A stretch of DNA of 64,000 nt from an uncultured Ignavibacteriales bacterium (GTDB lineage Bacteria > Zixibacteria > MSB-5A5 > GN15 > FEB-12): NCBI GenBank assembly GCA_964627305.1, contig CAZVHP010000003.1, positions 64,927-128,926 on the forward strand, given 5' to 3'. Shown in pieces: positions 9,347-18,016 of this stretch; the stretch's first letter is position 1, and each line of letters opens with the position of its first letter. The notes below the pieces were generated by a model. The model worked only from the letters and a program-made list of their open reading frames with translations, had not been told where the DNA came from and did no database searches. Both the position numbers and the translations under genes were made by a program.

Positions 9347-9760
9347 ATGACAGTGAGAGAACAGAATCTGGACACGATTGCGCCGGTGCTGGCGACATTC
9401 GAGGTCAATCGAACGACTGGAACAGATGATCTGGCAGCAGATGACATCGGCTGCGCGGTGACCCTGACCAGCGGTGGCAAGGCTACGGCTATCGGCGCGG
9501 GGGAGGTGCTGGTCGGGCGGCTGATCAGTGTGACCACGCGCGAGAACGAGGCGACGCTGGCGACGGTGCAGGTGGGCGGAATCTGCCGTCTGGCGATTTC
9601 GACTACGTATCCGCAGGTGGGCGACCGCGTCGTAGGCGGCGCGGCCGGAACAGTGAGACAGGCTCCGGCGGTTGCCAGCGACCCGGCGGGGGGCAATGTG
9701 GCCCGCGGCACGGTGCTGGCGGTCAACGGCACCACTGATGCAGTAATCCTGCTGAATTAG
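9347..9760 (+). CDS. DUF2190-like head decoration protein candidate
   Basis: 137 aa, immediately upstream of the capsid gene. It has a Gly/Val-rich beta pattern (VLVGRLISV...VQVGGICRLA...VGDRVVGGAAGTV), as in DUF2190 capsid decoration proteins. Confidence 0.5.
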   Translation: MTVREQNLDTIAPVLATFEVNRTTGTDDLAADDIGCAVTLTSGGKATAIGAGEVLVGRLISVTTRENEATLATVQVGGICRLAISTTYPQVGDRVVGGAAGTVRQAPAVASDPAGGNVARGTVLAVNGTTDAVILLN

Positions 9761-9774
9761 GGAAAGGAGCATCC

Positions 9775-10878
9775 ATGGATTTCGAACGATTTCTTAACAG
9801 CGAGGCCCTGAGTCGTCTGGAGGGGGCGATCAGCAGCGACAGTGGCGGGGTGCGTTGCGATCTGGACCGGGCGGCGAGCCTTGAAATTACCCGTGAGCAG
9901 TATCAGGAGGCGGACAACCGCGGGTTGACGCTTTCGGAGCTTCTGGAGGCGGATGAGTATGATCCCTCGCCGGTCGGTTCCACACTGGATGCATTCGAGC
10001 GGCAGTTGCTGCTGGCCGGGATTCGGTTGGGCGGCAAACAGCCGACGACGGTGGAGCAGTTCTATCATCAGGCGCCGGCGTTGTTGCCGGAGTTCATGCG
10101 CCGGGAGATTCGTCGTGGTCAGGCGATGCGCCCGGAGGTAGGCAAGCTGGTGGCCAATAGCTCGACGGTGGCCACGAATCGCTACACGCCGTTTCATGTT
10201 GACACCTCGGAGGCCGCGAGGTTCTCGCTGCGGCCGATTGGTGACGGGGCCGAGGTGCCCTCGTTGATTGTCACCGAGCAGAACCACGCGCTGTCTGTCA
10301 CTGACTACGGTTTGGCGCTGAAGGCCAGCTACAAGGCGCTTCGCTACCGCACGACGGCGCAGTTCCGGGTGTTGCTGTGGTATATCGGGTTCAAGCTGCA
10401 GACGGACAAGCTGGCGCTGCTGGTGGACTGCATCATCAACGGCGACGGCAATGACAACGCCGCCGGGGTGATCGAGACGGCGACCAGCGGTACTCTGGCC
10501 TATGAGGACCTGATTTCGCTGTGGGCGCAGTTTTCGCCCTTCGAGATGAACACGATCATCTGCCACGTCAACCAGATGAAGGCGATTCTGACGATGGACG
10601 AGTTCAAGGACCCGATGGCGGGGTATCGCTTCCAGCAGAAGGGGGACCTGTTCAGTCCGCTGGGAGCCTCGCTGGTGCGTTCCGACGACGTTGTCGGTGA
10701 CCTGGTGGTCGGGCTGGATCGTCGCTTCGCAGTCGAGGAAGTCATCACGCAGCCGCTTACAATCGAGTATGACAAGGTAATCGAGCAGCGGTTTGAGGAA
10801 GCGGTGATTACCGAATCGGTCACGTATGCGAAAGTGATCAGCGACGCCTCCGTGGTGCTGGACGTCACTCACGGCTGA
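9775..10878 (+). CDS. HK97-fold major capsid protein
   Basis: 367 aa, positioned after the protease and decoration genes. The sequence pattern is typical of HK97-type MCPs (e.g. YGLALKASYKALRY, C-terminal ...EAVITESVTYAKV). Confidence 0.7.
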   Translation: MDFERFLNSEALSRLEGAISSDSGGVRCDLDRAASLEITREQYQEADNRGLTLSELLEADEYDPSPVGSTLDAFERQLLLAGIRLGGKQPTTVEQFYHQAPALLPEFMRREIRRGQAMRPEVGKLVANSSTVATNRYTPFHVDTSEAARFSLRPIGDGAEVPSLIVTEQNHALSVTDYGLALKASYKALRYRTTAQFRVLLWYIGFKLQTDKLALLVDCIINGDGNDNAAGVIETATSGTLAYEDLISLWAQFSPFEMNTIICHVNQMKAILTMDEFKDPMAGYRFQQKGDLFSPLGASLVRSDDVVGDLVVGLDRRFAVEEVITQPLTIEYDKVIEQRFEEAVITESVTYAKVISDASVVLDVTHG

Positions 10879-10931
10879 GTTACTGCCCCCGGGGTCTGAC
10901 GTATCAGGCTCCGGGGGGCGGAAAGGATGTT

Positions 10932-12344
10932 ATGAAGAAGCTTCTGACGACAACGACAGCCTCGCACAGCCTGGCTCCGCCGGGGGCGCGTCGGCTGCTG
11001 CGGGTGCGATCGGGCGCGTATGCCGAGCGGCTGGTGGCGCTTCTGCACACGGCGCCGCATGAGCTGTATGTCGCCTGGGCCGATCCGCCGTACGAGGTCT
11101 GGTCGACGCCGCAGCTTGCGGTCGATGACCTCGCGGACCGGGGAGTTGACGCGCTCATGACCGATGCCGGGGATATCCAGATCATATATACGGAGTGGGC
11201 CTCGAGTTTTATCAAGACGGTCAGGATGGCCTTCGTCGAGGGGGCCTGGAGCGCCGGGTCACCGGTGGTGGTCTGCAATACCGGGCTGGCGACCGGCCCG
11301 ACCATTGCCCGTGACAGTTCCGGGGCGATGTGGGCGGCATTTGTCAGGCTGGACGGTCCGTTCAGGTATCTGCATGTGAAGCGTTCGATCGACGATGGCG
11401 CCACCTGGGGCAGCGGACCCGCCGATGAGGGAACCGTGCTGACCAGCGGCGTGTCTCAGGTCGATGCGAAGCTGCTGAGCGGCGCGAACGCCACCTGTCT
11501 GGTGTACACGCAACTCAACACCGAGCTGGTCATGCGCAGTTGTGAGACCGGCGGCAGTGCCTGGAGCGAGGCGTATGTTGTGGTGAGCGATCCGGTGGTG
11601 GATGAGCACTTCGATGCCGCGGTATCGCCGGGCGGAATGTTGGGAATCGTGTATGACTCGGGGGATCTTCGCTATCGCGAGTTCAACGGGGTGAACTGGT
11701 CGACGATTGCGGTGATCGATGCCGGCGGCGGCAGCTATCCGCAGTTGCGGTTTGAGGGGGAAGTGCCGGTGGTGTTCTACCTGAGCGAGTTTGCTGCGGA
11801 TCATAGGCTACTGACTTACAGCCATCGTCGGACCGGCGCGTTCAGCCTGCCGGAGACAGTCGATCCGCAGACCGGGGTGTTTGACGCGGTGGTGCTCTAC
11901 AATCAATTGAGCGCGTCATACGCCAATCTCACGTCCGAGGCTGCCGACGCTGCCCCGGCGGACATGGTGCACCCGGATTCCTCAGCGCTGGTGGCGCATC
12001 TCGGCGACGCGGTCTACCTGGGGCGTGACAAGCGCTTTCGGCTGGTGCGTGTTGACCTCAGTACGGCAGGTAGTGGCGGCGCTACGGCCGCAAGCTATTT
12101 TGACGGCAGCCAGTGGCGATTTTTCACGCCGGTAACCGGAAACTGCGAGTTCAACGCCAGCACGCAACTGGTGGTGCTGTTTCAGGACGATGAGGATCTA
12201 CCGGACGAGTGGCAGCGCACGACGGTTAACGGTCAGTTGCGCTACTGGGTGCGTCTGGTGGTAACCTCACCGTATGCGACGCCTCCGGTCGGCAGCCGGA
12301 TCACGGCAATCGGCGATGTGCAGGCTGTGCAGGTGGGGAGGTAG
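10932..12344 (+). CDS. BNR/Asp-box (sialidase-like beta-propeller) repeat protein
   Basis: Canonical Asp-box SIDDGATW at 11385-11408, plus degenerate blades (RDSSGAMW, ETGGSAWSE). Confidence 0.6.
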   Translation: MKKLLTTTTASHSLAPPGARRLLRVRSGAYAERLVALLHTAPHELYVAWADPPYEVWSTPQLAVDDLADRGVDALMTDAGDIQIIYTEWASSFIKTVRMAFVEGAWSAGSPVVVCNTGLATGPTIARDSSGAMWAAFVRLDGPFRYLHVKRSIDDGATWGSGPADEGTVLTSGVSQVDAKLLSGANATCLVYTQLNTELVMRSCETGGSAWSEAYVVVSDPVVDEHFDAAVSPGGMLGIVYDSGDLRYREFNGVNWSTIAVIDAGGGSYPQLRFEGEVPVVFYLSEFAADHRLLTYSHRRTGAFSLPETVDPQTGVFDAVVLYNQLSASYANLTSEAADAAPADMVHPDSSALVAHLGDAVYLGRDKRFRLVRVDLSTAGSGGATAASYFDGSQWRFFTPVTGNCEFNASTQLVVLFQDDEDLPDEWQRTTVNGQLRYWVRLVVTSPYATPPVGSRITAIGDVQAVQVGR

Positions 12345-12346
12345 CG

Positions 12347-13159
12347 ATGTCGTATACACATGTAGATGTTGTTCGGCACCACCTGGCGCCGCTGGGTGCG
12401 TCCGGCGAGGCGGTATATGACCAGATGGTGGTCGTTCCCGCAGACGGTGCGGTCCGCTTTTTTTCAGGCGAGGTTGCGGCCGAGTCGGTTGTGGTGAAAT
12501 CGGTACGAGACGGCCAGCGCGTGCGCCGGCAGCTTCAGCTCAGCGGCGATCAGGTGGCGGTGGTCTCGGGCCCGGTGGTGCCGGGGACGGTGGTGGTGGC
12601 GTCTGACAGCTCGCTGGGGACCGTGTATGTGGAGAACCGGGATTACGTGATAGAGCACAGCACCGGGATGCTGACGGTCAAGCCCGGCGGCGATATGACT
12701 GCGGGCATGACGGTGGTGGTGTGGTGCCTGCCGTACGTGGTGTATCAGCGGTCGGTTGACTACGCGCTCAATGCGACGAAGGCGGAACTGGTTCGGTTGA
12801 GTGGCGGTGGTATGATTGCGGGTGAGTTGGTGTGGGTGGACTATCGGCCGGTCTATGATGACTACACGGATGAGTTGATTGCTCAGGCGGTGACGGAGGC
12901 TAATGCCACGGTGGCGGCCGAAGTGGATCCGAGTCGGGAGTTCGGCACCGACCCGTTGCTGCAGGTGGCGGCGACGTACCGTGCTCTCGCGGCGGTGGCG
13001 CGCAGTACGGCGGGGCGACGGCTCGGGAGTGTTCGTGGTACCGGCGGCCAGGCGCAGGCGTGGCTGACGTTGGCCGGGCAGTACGCCGAGCGGGCGGACC
13101 AGTTGTTGCGGTCGTTCCGGCCGCCATTCGAGAATCCGGCCGTACCACGCAGAAGCTGA
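12347..13159 (+). CDS. hypothetical protein (possible head-tail connector region)
   Basis: 270-aa ORF with a GGGGAGG RBS, starting 2 nt after the upstream stop. No motif recognised. Confidence 0.5.
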   Translation: MSYTHVDVVRHHLAPLGASGEAVYDQMVVVPADGAVRFFSGEVAAESVVVKSVRDGQRVRRQLQLSGDQVAVVSGPVVPGTVVVASDSSLGTVYVENRDYVIEHSTGMLTVKPGGDMTAGMTVVVWCLPYVVYQRSVDYALNATKAELVRLSGGGMIAGELVWVDYRPVYDDYTDELIAQAVTEANATVAAEVDPSREFGTDPLLQVAATYRALAAVARSTAGRRLGSVRGTGGQAQAWLTLAGQYAERADQLLRSFRPPFENPAVPRRS

Positions 13160-13170
13160 AAGGGGGCACA

Positions 13171-13545
13171 ATGAACACTGGATTGGCACAGGTGACGGCG
13201 CGACGAATCTGGTTCGTGCCGCAGTTTCAGGTGTGGGGGCAATCGGGACTGGGCGCGGTGGACTGCCTGCTGCTGGAGCAGACCGGCTCGGCGCAGGGGA
13301 TGTTTTTCTTTCGCCGGATGTTGGGGGAACCCTCGCAGACAGTGCGGTTCGAGGACGTGGTCGACTTTCGCGGCAATGCGCTTCCGAGAAACCTCAACAA
13401 CCCGCGCGTGGTCATTCGAGACCGGTCGGATCGCCGGGTGTGGATTGTGGGGAGCGAGACGAGCGAATCGTTTCGCATTGCGCGGGACATGGCGGAGTCG
13501 GGCCCGGCGACGGTGGACCTGTTTGTCATCGAGCTGGGACCATGA
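13171..13545 (+). CDS. hypothetical protein
   Basis: Internal ATG 13171 of ORF 13060..13545, preceded by AAAGGGGG. 124 aa. Confidence 0.5.
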   Translation: MNTGLAQVTARRIWFVPQFQVWGQSGLGAVDCLLLEQTGSAQGMFFFRRMLGEPSQTVRFEDVVDFRGNALPRNLNNPRVVIRDRSDRRVWIVGSETSESFRIARDMAESGPATVDLFVIELGP

Positions 13546-13901
13546 GCATGACGAGCACGACGCGAACGACACGGCAGGGCAAGGCCGGCAAAGGCGGGAA
13601 CGGCGGCAGAGGCGGCAAGAGTGGGAAAGACGGGCGGCCGGAGGAGCTGAGGATGCTCGATGAGCTGATTCGTCGCAGTTACCGGGAGCTGCTGGCCACG
13701 ATCGGTGAGAACGTGAAGGTAGGAGACTTCATCAAGATGCTGGAGACGAGACACAAATTGATGCCAACCGGCGCCGACCAGCGGGAATTCTGGTCGATGC
13801 TGGAGAGGATTCGGCAAGAGACGCTTTCCGAAGATGGGGAGGCTGAGGCTGTTGCTGTTGAGGGTGGCACTTCGGTTGGAGGAGAGGACTCGCATGGGTA
13901 A
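13542..13901 (+). CDS. hypothetical protein with basic Gly/Lys-rich N-terminus
   Basis: ATG 13542 overlaps the upstream stop (ATGA). The N-terminus RQGKAGKGGNGGRGGKSGKDGR suggests nucleic-acid binding. The C-terminal tail is acidic. Confidence 0.5.
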   Translation: MSMTSTTRTTRQGKAGKGGNGGRGGKSGKDGRPEELRMLDELIRRSYRELLATIGENVKVGDFIKMLETRHKLMPTGADQREFWSMLERIRQETLSEDGEAEAVAVEGGTSVGGEDSHG

Positions 13902-14667
13902 GTCGCCGGCAATTATTGTGCTTCTGGTCTTGTTGCTGATGGCCCTGCCGGAACCGGAGGCCCTGGCGGCGGTGGATACGTTGCGGGGTACGGCGGATAT
14001 CGCGGACGCCATGCTGATCGGGTATACGAACTGCGTGGGGGAGATTTCTGATGAAGACTGTCGGCGATTCAACACCGGGGGTGCATCGTGGCTGAGTAGT
14101 GGCACGGTGGGTATTGGGCAGGAGAGTCGGACAGTGATTGCCCTGCCCGGATGGAACGGCATTGTGCCGGACTCGGCGAGGCTCGAGTTGTATTGTTTTC
14201 GCGAAGGGGATACGGTGGACCGGCGCGTCATGGCGTATCCGTTGACGACACCGTTCATCGAGGGTACGGAGCTGGACTATGGTGTCGGCAACTATCCGGA
14301 CCCGGACAGCGGCGTGACGTGGTATCACGCTTACCTTGATGTCGGCGATGGCGACTCGCTGAACTGGTCGACGGCCGGAGGTGACTACACGACGGTGGTG
14401 GCATGCACGGCCATCGTGGCGGATACGAGCGGCTGGGTGGTGTTTTCGCATTTCGAGCGGCTGCTGGCCTTGTGGGATTCAACCGGGATGGCCTATGGGT
14501 GCATCCTGATCAACGAGAACGCCTTTCCGGTTAACAGCACGCAGAAGAGTTTCTATTCCAGCGAGTCAGCCACGGGCCTGGGGCCGCGGGTGGTGCTGTA
14601 TCGCAGTGACGGATTGCGCGGATCGATGCGTCGTCGTCAGGCCGCGGCGATGCTGAATCATGAATGA
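13894..14667 (+). CDS. secreted protein, DNRLRE-like domain candidate
   Basis: ATG 13894 has a GGAGGAGAGG RBS and overlaps the upstream gene by 8 nt. Signal peptide MGKSPAIIVLLVLLLMALPEPEALA. The pattern SARLELYCF...VMAYPLT...GVTWYHA...LNWSTAGGDY resembles DNRLRE-type secreted domains. Confidence 0.55.
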   Translation: MGKSPAIIVLLVLLLMALPEPEALAAVDTLRGTADIADAMLIGYTNCVGEISDEDCRRFNTGGASWLSSGTVGIGQESRTVIALPGWNGIVPDSARLELYCFREGDTVDRRVMAYPLTTPFIEGTELDYGVGNYPDPDSGVTWYHAYLDVGDGDSLNWSTAGGDYTTVVACTAIVADTSGWVVFSHFERLLALWDSTGMAYGCILINENAFPVNSTQKSFYSSESATGLGPRVVLYRSDGLRGSMRRRQAAAMLNHE

Positions 14668-15878
14668 AGGATGGAAGGGGGTGCATCGTGATGGTGATGC
14701 GGCGGATAGCGATGCTGCTGGTGGGTCTGGTGGTTGGGTGGTCACTGGTGCAGGGTGCAATAGTGCGCAACGCGACGACCGGAGTGACGGCCGAGGACTC
14801 AGTGGCGGTGGCGTTCGGTGTGCTTGACAGTATCGGCAACCCGACGACGGCGGATTCGCTGGTGGTGGCGGTTAGCGGTCCATCGGGGGCGCTGGTGTTT
14901 CGTGACAGTGTCGCAATCGGCGACGGGCGGATCACTGCGGATACGATAACTGGTTGTCCGGTATACGCTTTTGCCGATCTTGCGGCAGGTCTCGGAGCCG
15001 ACAGAGCAGGCAGTTACCGGGTGTTGCTGGTGGCGAAGAACAGCGCGCTGAACCTTCAGACAGTACACCGAACGAGCTTCCAGGTAGTGAACCGACGGCT
15101 GGCGGAGGCGCTTGATCAGATTGATGACAGCGTGTGGGTTCGTGGCGGCGCCGTCGACAGCAACCGCACTGAGCAGGGCGCCGGCGATTCCTCGCAGATC
15201 GCGGCCTGGGTGTGGAACACGCCGCAGTCCGGGCATGTGCTGCCGGGGACATTCGGGAGCTATGTTGATGCGAACATCTCCGGGCTGGGGATGGGGGGCG
15301 GCGCCTATGCGGTGACGGTGGTTGCGTACGACTCGGTCCTGTCGCAACCGGTAGCGGGCGTGAGGGTAGCGGTGCGTAACCAGTCGCAGACGGCTTTGAT
15401 GGCCACCGCGGCGACCGACAGCGAGGGGGAGGTGTCATTTAATCTCGATGCCGGCGATTATGCCGTAGTAGCCACGGCTCCGGGATACCAGTTTGCCGCT
15501 GCACATACGCTAACGGTGCCTGGGGCCGCTACGGACACAGTGACCGGCGGCAGGTTTGATCCGGGGATGCCATCGCTTCCGGGATTATGCCGGGTGTACG
15601 GATATGTATACGGAATCGACGGGCGGCCGATCGAGGGGGCAAGAATCGAGGCGCGGCTTCCTGATGGCGTCAACGGGGCGAGTATCCTGATAGTGGCGCC
15701 GTTTGCCGTGGAGACGGACAGCGACGAGAGCGGGTACTTCTTTGTGGACCTGATACCGTCGGCTGAGCTGCAGCCGGTGGTAACAGACTACGAGATCACG
15801 ATCAGTGCCAGCGGCAGGACACTGTACCGCAAGCGTGTGACAGTGCCGTCACAGGCGGCGCTGTGGCTGGTGCCGTAG
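14664..15878 (+). CDS. secreted or anchored protein with carboxypeptidase-regulatory-like (prealbumin-fold) domains
   Basis: ATGA overlap with the upstream stop, with alternative GTG/ATG starts near 14688. Hydrophobic N-terminus RRIAMLLVGLVVGWSLVQGA. Two CarboxypepD_reg-like segments (VAGVRVAVRNQ...TDSEGEVSFNLDAGDYAVVATAPGYQ and GYVYGIDGRPIEGARIEARL). Confidence 0.6.
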   Translation: MKDGRGCIVMVMRRIAMLLVGLVVGWSLVQGAIVRNATTGVTAEDSVAVAFGVLDSIGNPTTADSLVVAVSGPSGALVFRDSVAIGDGRITADTITGCPVYAFADLAAGLGADRAGSYRVLLVAKNSALNLQTVHRTSFQVVNRRLAEALDQIDDSVWVRGGAVDSNRTEQGAGDSSQIAAWVWNTPQSGHVLPGTFGSYVDANISGLGMGGGAYAVTVVAYDSVLSQPVAGVRVAVRNQSQTALMATAATDSEGEVSFNLDAGDYAVVATAPGYQFAAAHTLTVPGAATDTVTGGRFDPGMPSLPGLCRVYGYVYGIDGRPIEGARIEARLPDGVNGASILIVAPFAVETDSDESGYFFVDLIPSAELQPVVTDYEITISASGRTLYRKRVTVPSQAALWLVP

Positions 15879-15945
15879 TGGGGAAGGCGGTAAGCAAAAG
15901 TGAGCGAATCACAGAACCGGAGATAACCGGAAGAAGGGAGCGAAG

Positions 15946-16257
15946 ATGGAGAAGCTGATTACGGAGCCGATTGGCTGGTTTGGCCTGTTGGGATCGATGG
16001 CGCTGATGGTGGTTGGGCATGTGGGGCGCAAGTACCTGTTGCCGTTTTTGACGGTTGGCAAGCGCCAGAAATACGCCGGGTTCGTGGCGATGATCGCCGA
16101 TGAGATTACTGACGATCTGCGCAACAAGTACCCTGACAAGCAATGGACCGAGTGGCTGGATGAGGCGGTCGATTTGCTGGTGGACATTTGTGAGGTCGGT
16201 CCGGATGTTGCGCGGCGGGCGATCAGCGCGGCGGTCGCGCGCCGTCAGGCCGGATAG
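15946..16257 (+). CDS. small single-TM protein, holin-like (tentative)
   Basis: 103 aa with a GGAAGAAGGGAG RBS. One N-terminal TM (GWFGLLGSMALMVVGHV) and a helical C-terminus. It is the last gene of the block. The holin assignment is only positional and architectural. Confidence 0.4.
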   Translation: MEKLITEPIGWFGLLGSMALMVVGHVGRKYLLPFLTVGKRQKYAGFVAMIADEITDDLRNKYPDKQWTEWLDEAVDLLVDICEVGPDVARRAISAAVARRQAG

Positions 16258-16365
16258 GGTCGCGGTCGGGTCAGCCTGCGTGACGGATGCCGGGCGGTTG
16301 CGCCGGGGGCGTGGCTGCCCGGTATTTGTCATAGTGGCGGGTTGTGGGGCGTGAGAATGGTTCAG

Positions 16366-17859
16366 TTACCGGTGTGCTGTTTGCTGGTCGGCAAAGAGCA
16401 ACCGGCGAAAGGCGATGATGTCCGCCGGCGTGAGGCGCTGGTCGCCATCGATGTCGCACGCGGCGGCACCGGCTTGTGGCACGGGGCCATCGAACAGAAT
16501 GAAAGCCGCCAGCAACTGCAAATCGACGATGTTGATGCTGCCGTCGCCATTGAGGTCATGATGGCCGACAGAGATGGCTGTCTGGGTTACATGTTCGACA
16601 GCGGACCCGGCGGCAATGACTGCGGGAAGGAGCTCGAGGTGAACGGTGATGGTGTCGGTGACCAGTTGTCGGCAGTAATCGGAGGCATGGATGACCAATC
16701 GGTGGCTTCCGGCGGTGGTGTCATTGAGGGCGACGCGCCAGGTCTTGTCGACGATACGTCCGGGGCCGTCGGTAAGATAGACATCGAAGAGATTGCGATC
16801 CGGATCGCTGGTATCGAGGTGCCATTGGATCATCTGACCGGAGGTGCCGCTGAAGGTGGTGTCGCCGGGCAGGCGAAGGTGGGGGGGGCGGTTGAAGCGC
16901 ACCCGGACATGGAAGTCGGCGGTGTCGGAGGCGTGTTCGTTGGTTGCAGCGAGACGGACGGTGAAGGCGGCATCCGAGGTAGCGTGGTACTCCCAATAGC
17001 GATCGTTGAGGTGTCCGGGACCCTCGACAAGGCTGAGGGGGGCCGGGCGGCGGTTCTGGTCGTGGGCACTCACGGCCAGCCGTATGGTTTGTGGCTCACA
17101 GAGGAAGATGGTGGTATCGCGGGGCGCGCGACAAGTGACGGTGGGTTTGAGGCCTCCGGCGGGACGCCCGGCGGAGAACAGGACAAGGCGGCCGGGCAAA
17201 TCGCAGTAGGCGAAATCGTTCATGTCGATCCAGACCTCCGGCGATCCCCAGTAATTGAAGCAGGTCTGGGGCACCGGGGTATGATCCAGGAAGAGAGCGA
17301 TGGAATCGTGCGGGGCGAGTTGGTTTCTGATGAAGACACCGGCGAAGAACGGCTCGCTTATGACCAGAGGGGTATCCAGCGGGATGTACAGCAGAAAGGC
17401 TCCGGAATGGGGGATGCGGATCTCTCGCGGCTGGCTGATGGTAATGATCTCTCCGGGTTCAGGGCGCCCCTTGCGATAGTGCACGGTGCTGATGTCGGCG
17501 GCGAGGGTGATTCGCCCGGGGGAAGGGAACTCAAGGGGCAGGCAGACCTCGGTGATGACGAAGGGGTAGGCCGCCGCGCCAAAGACTGCTTCGGGGTCCT
17601 GCCAGGCTCGGTAGAGTTCATTGCCGACAGTCCAGTGATAGAGGTGGTACATGGAGCCTTTGTCGTGGCGAACTATGCCCAGATCGTTGCGCAGGGCGAG
17701 GCGTCGGGACCGGATTTCGACGAAGTCGGGCGGCTGCTGGAGCGGCACGGCCAGCCCGCTCTTGTGCTGCTTCGCCGCACCGGCGGTGCCCGGTATCAGG
17801 AGGACAGAGATCAGGCTGATGACTGCGATACTGACAGCGATGATGGTCCGAGACGTCAT
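16366..17859 (-). CDS. secreted protein with C-terminal dockerin domain
   Basis: ATG 17859 with an AGGAA RBS gives the signal peptide MTSRTIIAVSIAVISLISVLLIPGTAGA. The C-terminus has two EF-hand-like dockerin repeats (DLNGDGSINIVD, DIDGDQRLTPADI). Confidence 0.75.
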   Translation of the reverse strand: MTSRTIIAVSIAVISLISVLLIPGTAGAAKQHKSGLAVPLQQPPDFVEIRSRRLALRNDLGIVRHDKGSMYHLYHWTVGNELYRAWQDPEAVFGAAAYPFVITEVCLPLEFPSPGRITLAADISTVHYRKGRPEPGEIITISQPREIRIPHSGAFLLYIPLDTPLVISEPFFAGVFIRNQLAPHDSIALFLDHTPVPQTCFNYWGSPEVWIDMNDFAYCDLPGRLVLFSAGRPAGGLKPTVTCRAPRDTTIFLCEPQTIRLAVSAHDQNRRPAPLSLVEGPGHLNDRYWEYHATSDAAFTVRLAATNEHASDTADFHVRVRFNRPPHLRLPGDTTFSGTSGQMIQWHLDTSDPDRNLFDVYLTDGPGRIVDKTWRVALNDTTAGSHRLVIHASDYCRQLVTDTITVHLELLPAVIAAGSAVEHVTQTAISVGHHDLNGDGSINIVDLQLLAAFILFDGPVPQAGAAACDIDGDQRLTPADIIAFRRLLFADQQTAHR

Positions 17860-18016
17860 AAGGTTCCTGTTGGTGGTCAGAAGTCTGTGGAAGGTCCTTT
17901 CTTTGATTATCGAACGGGATTGTGTTATACTTGATCGAAGCCGGCCGGATGCTGCTGTGCGGGTCATCTGTGCCTCCGGCGGCAAGGTGTTGGAAAGGGA
18001 AGGAACGACCGTATAG

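Noticed and set aside
2936-16365. att-type direct repeats or a tRNA gene at the borders of the capsid island.
   Set aside because: Comparing 2936-3518 with 16258-16365 by eye gave no shared run of 12 nt or more, and no tRNA-like T-arm sequence. A computed repeat search should confirm this.
16342-17934. Long ORFs antisense to the genes I called. Examples are 16342-17934 (+), 21720-23519 (+), 9757-10872 (-), 41052-42815 (-), 49760-51679 (-), 3525-4559 (-) and 6989-7942 (-).
   Set aside because: These are typical high-GC shadow ORFs. Their translations are Arg/Pro/His/Gly-rich with no motifs, while the opposite strand carries clear domain signatures, signal peptides and RBSs.
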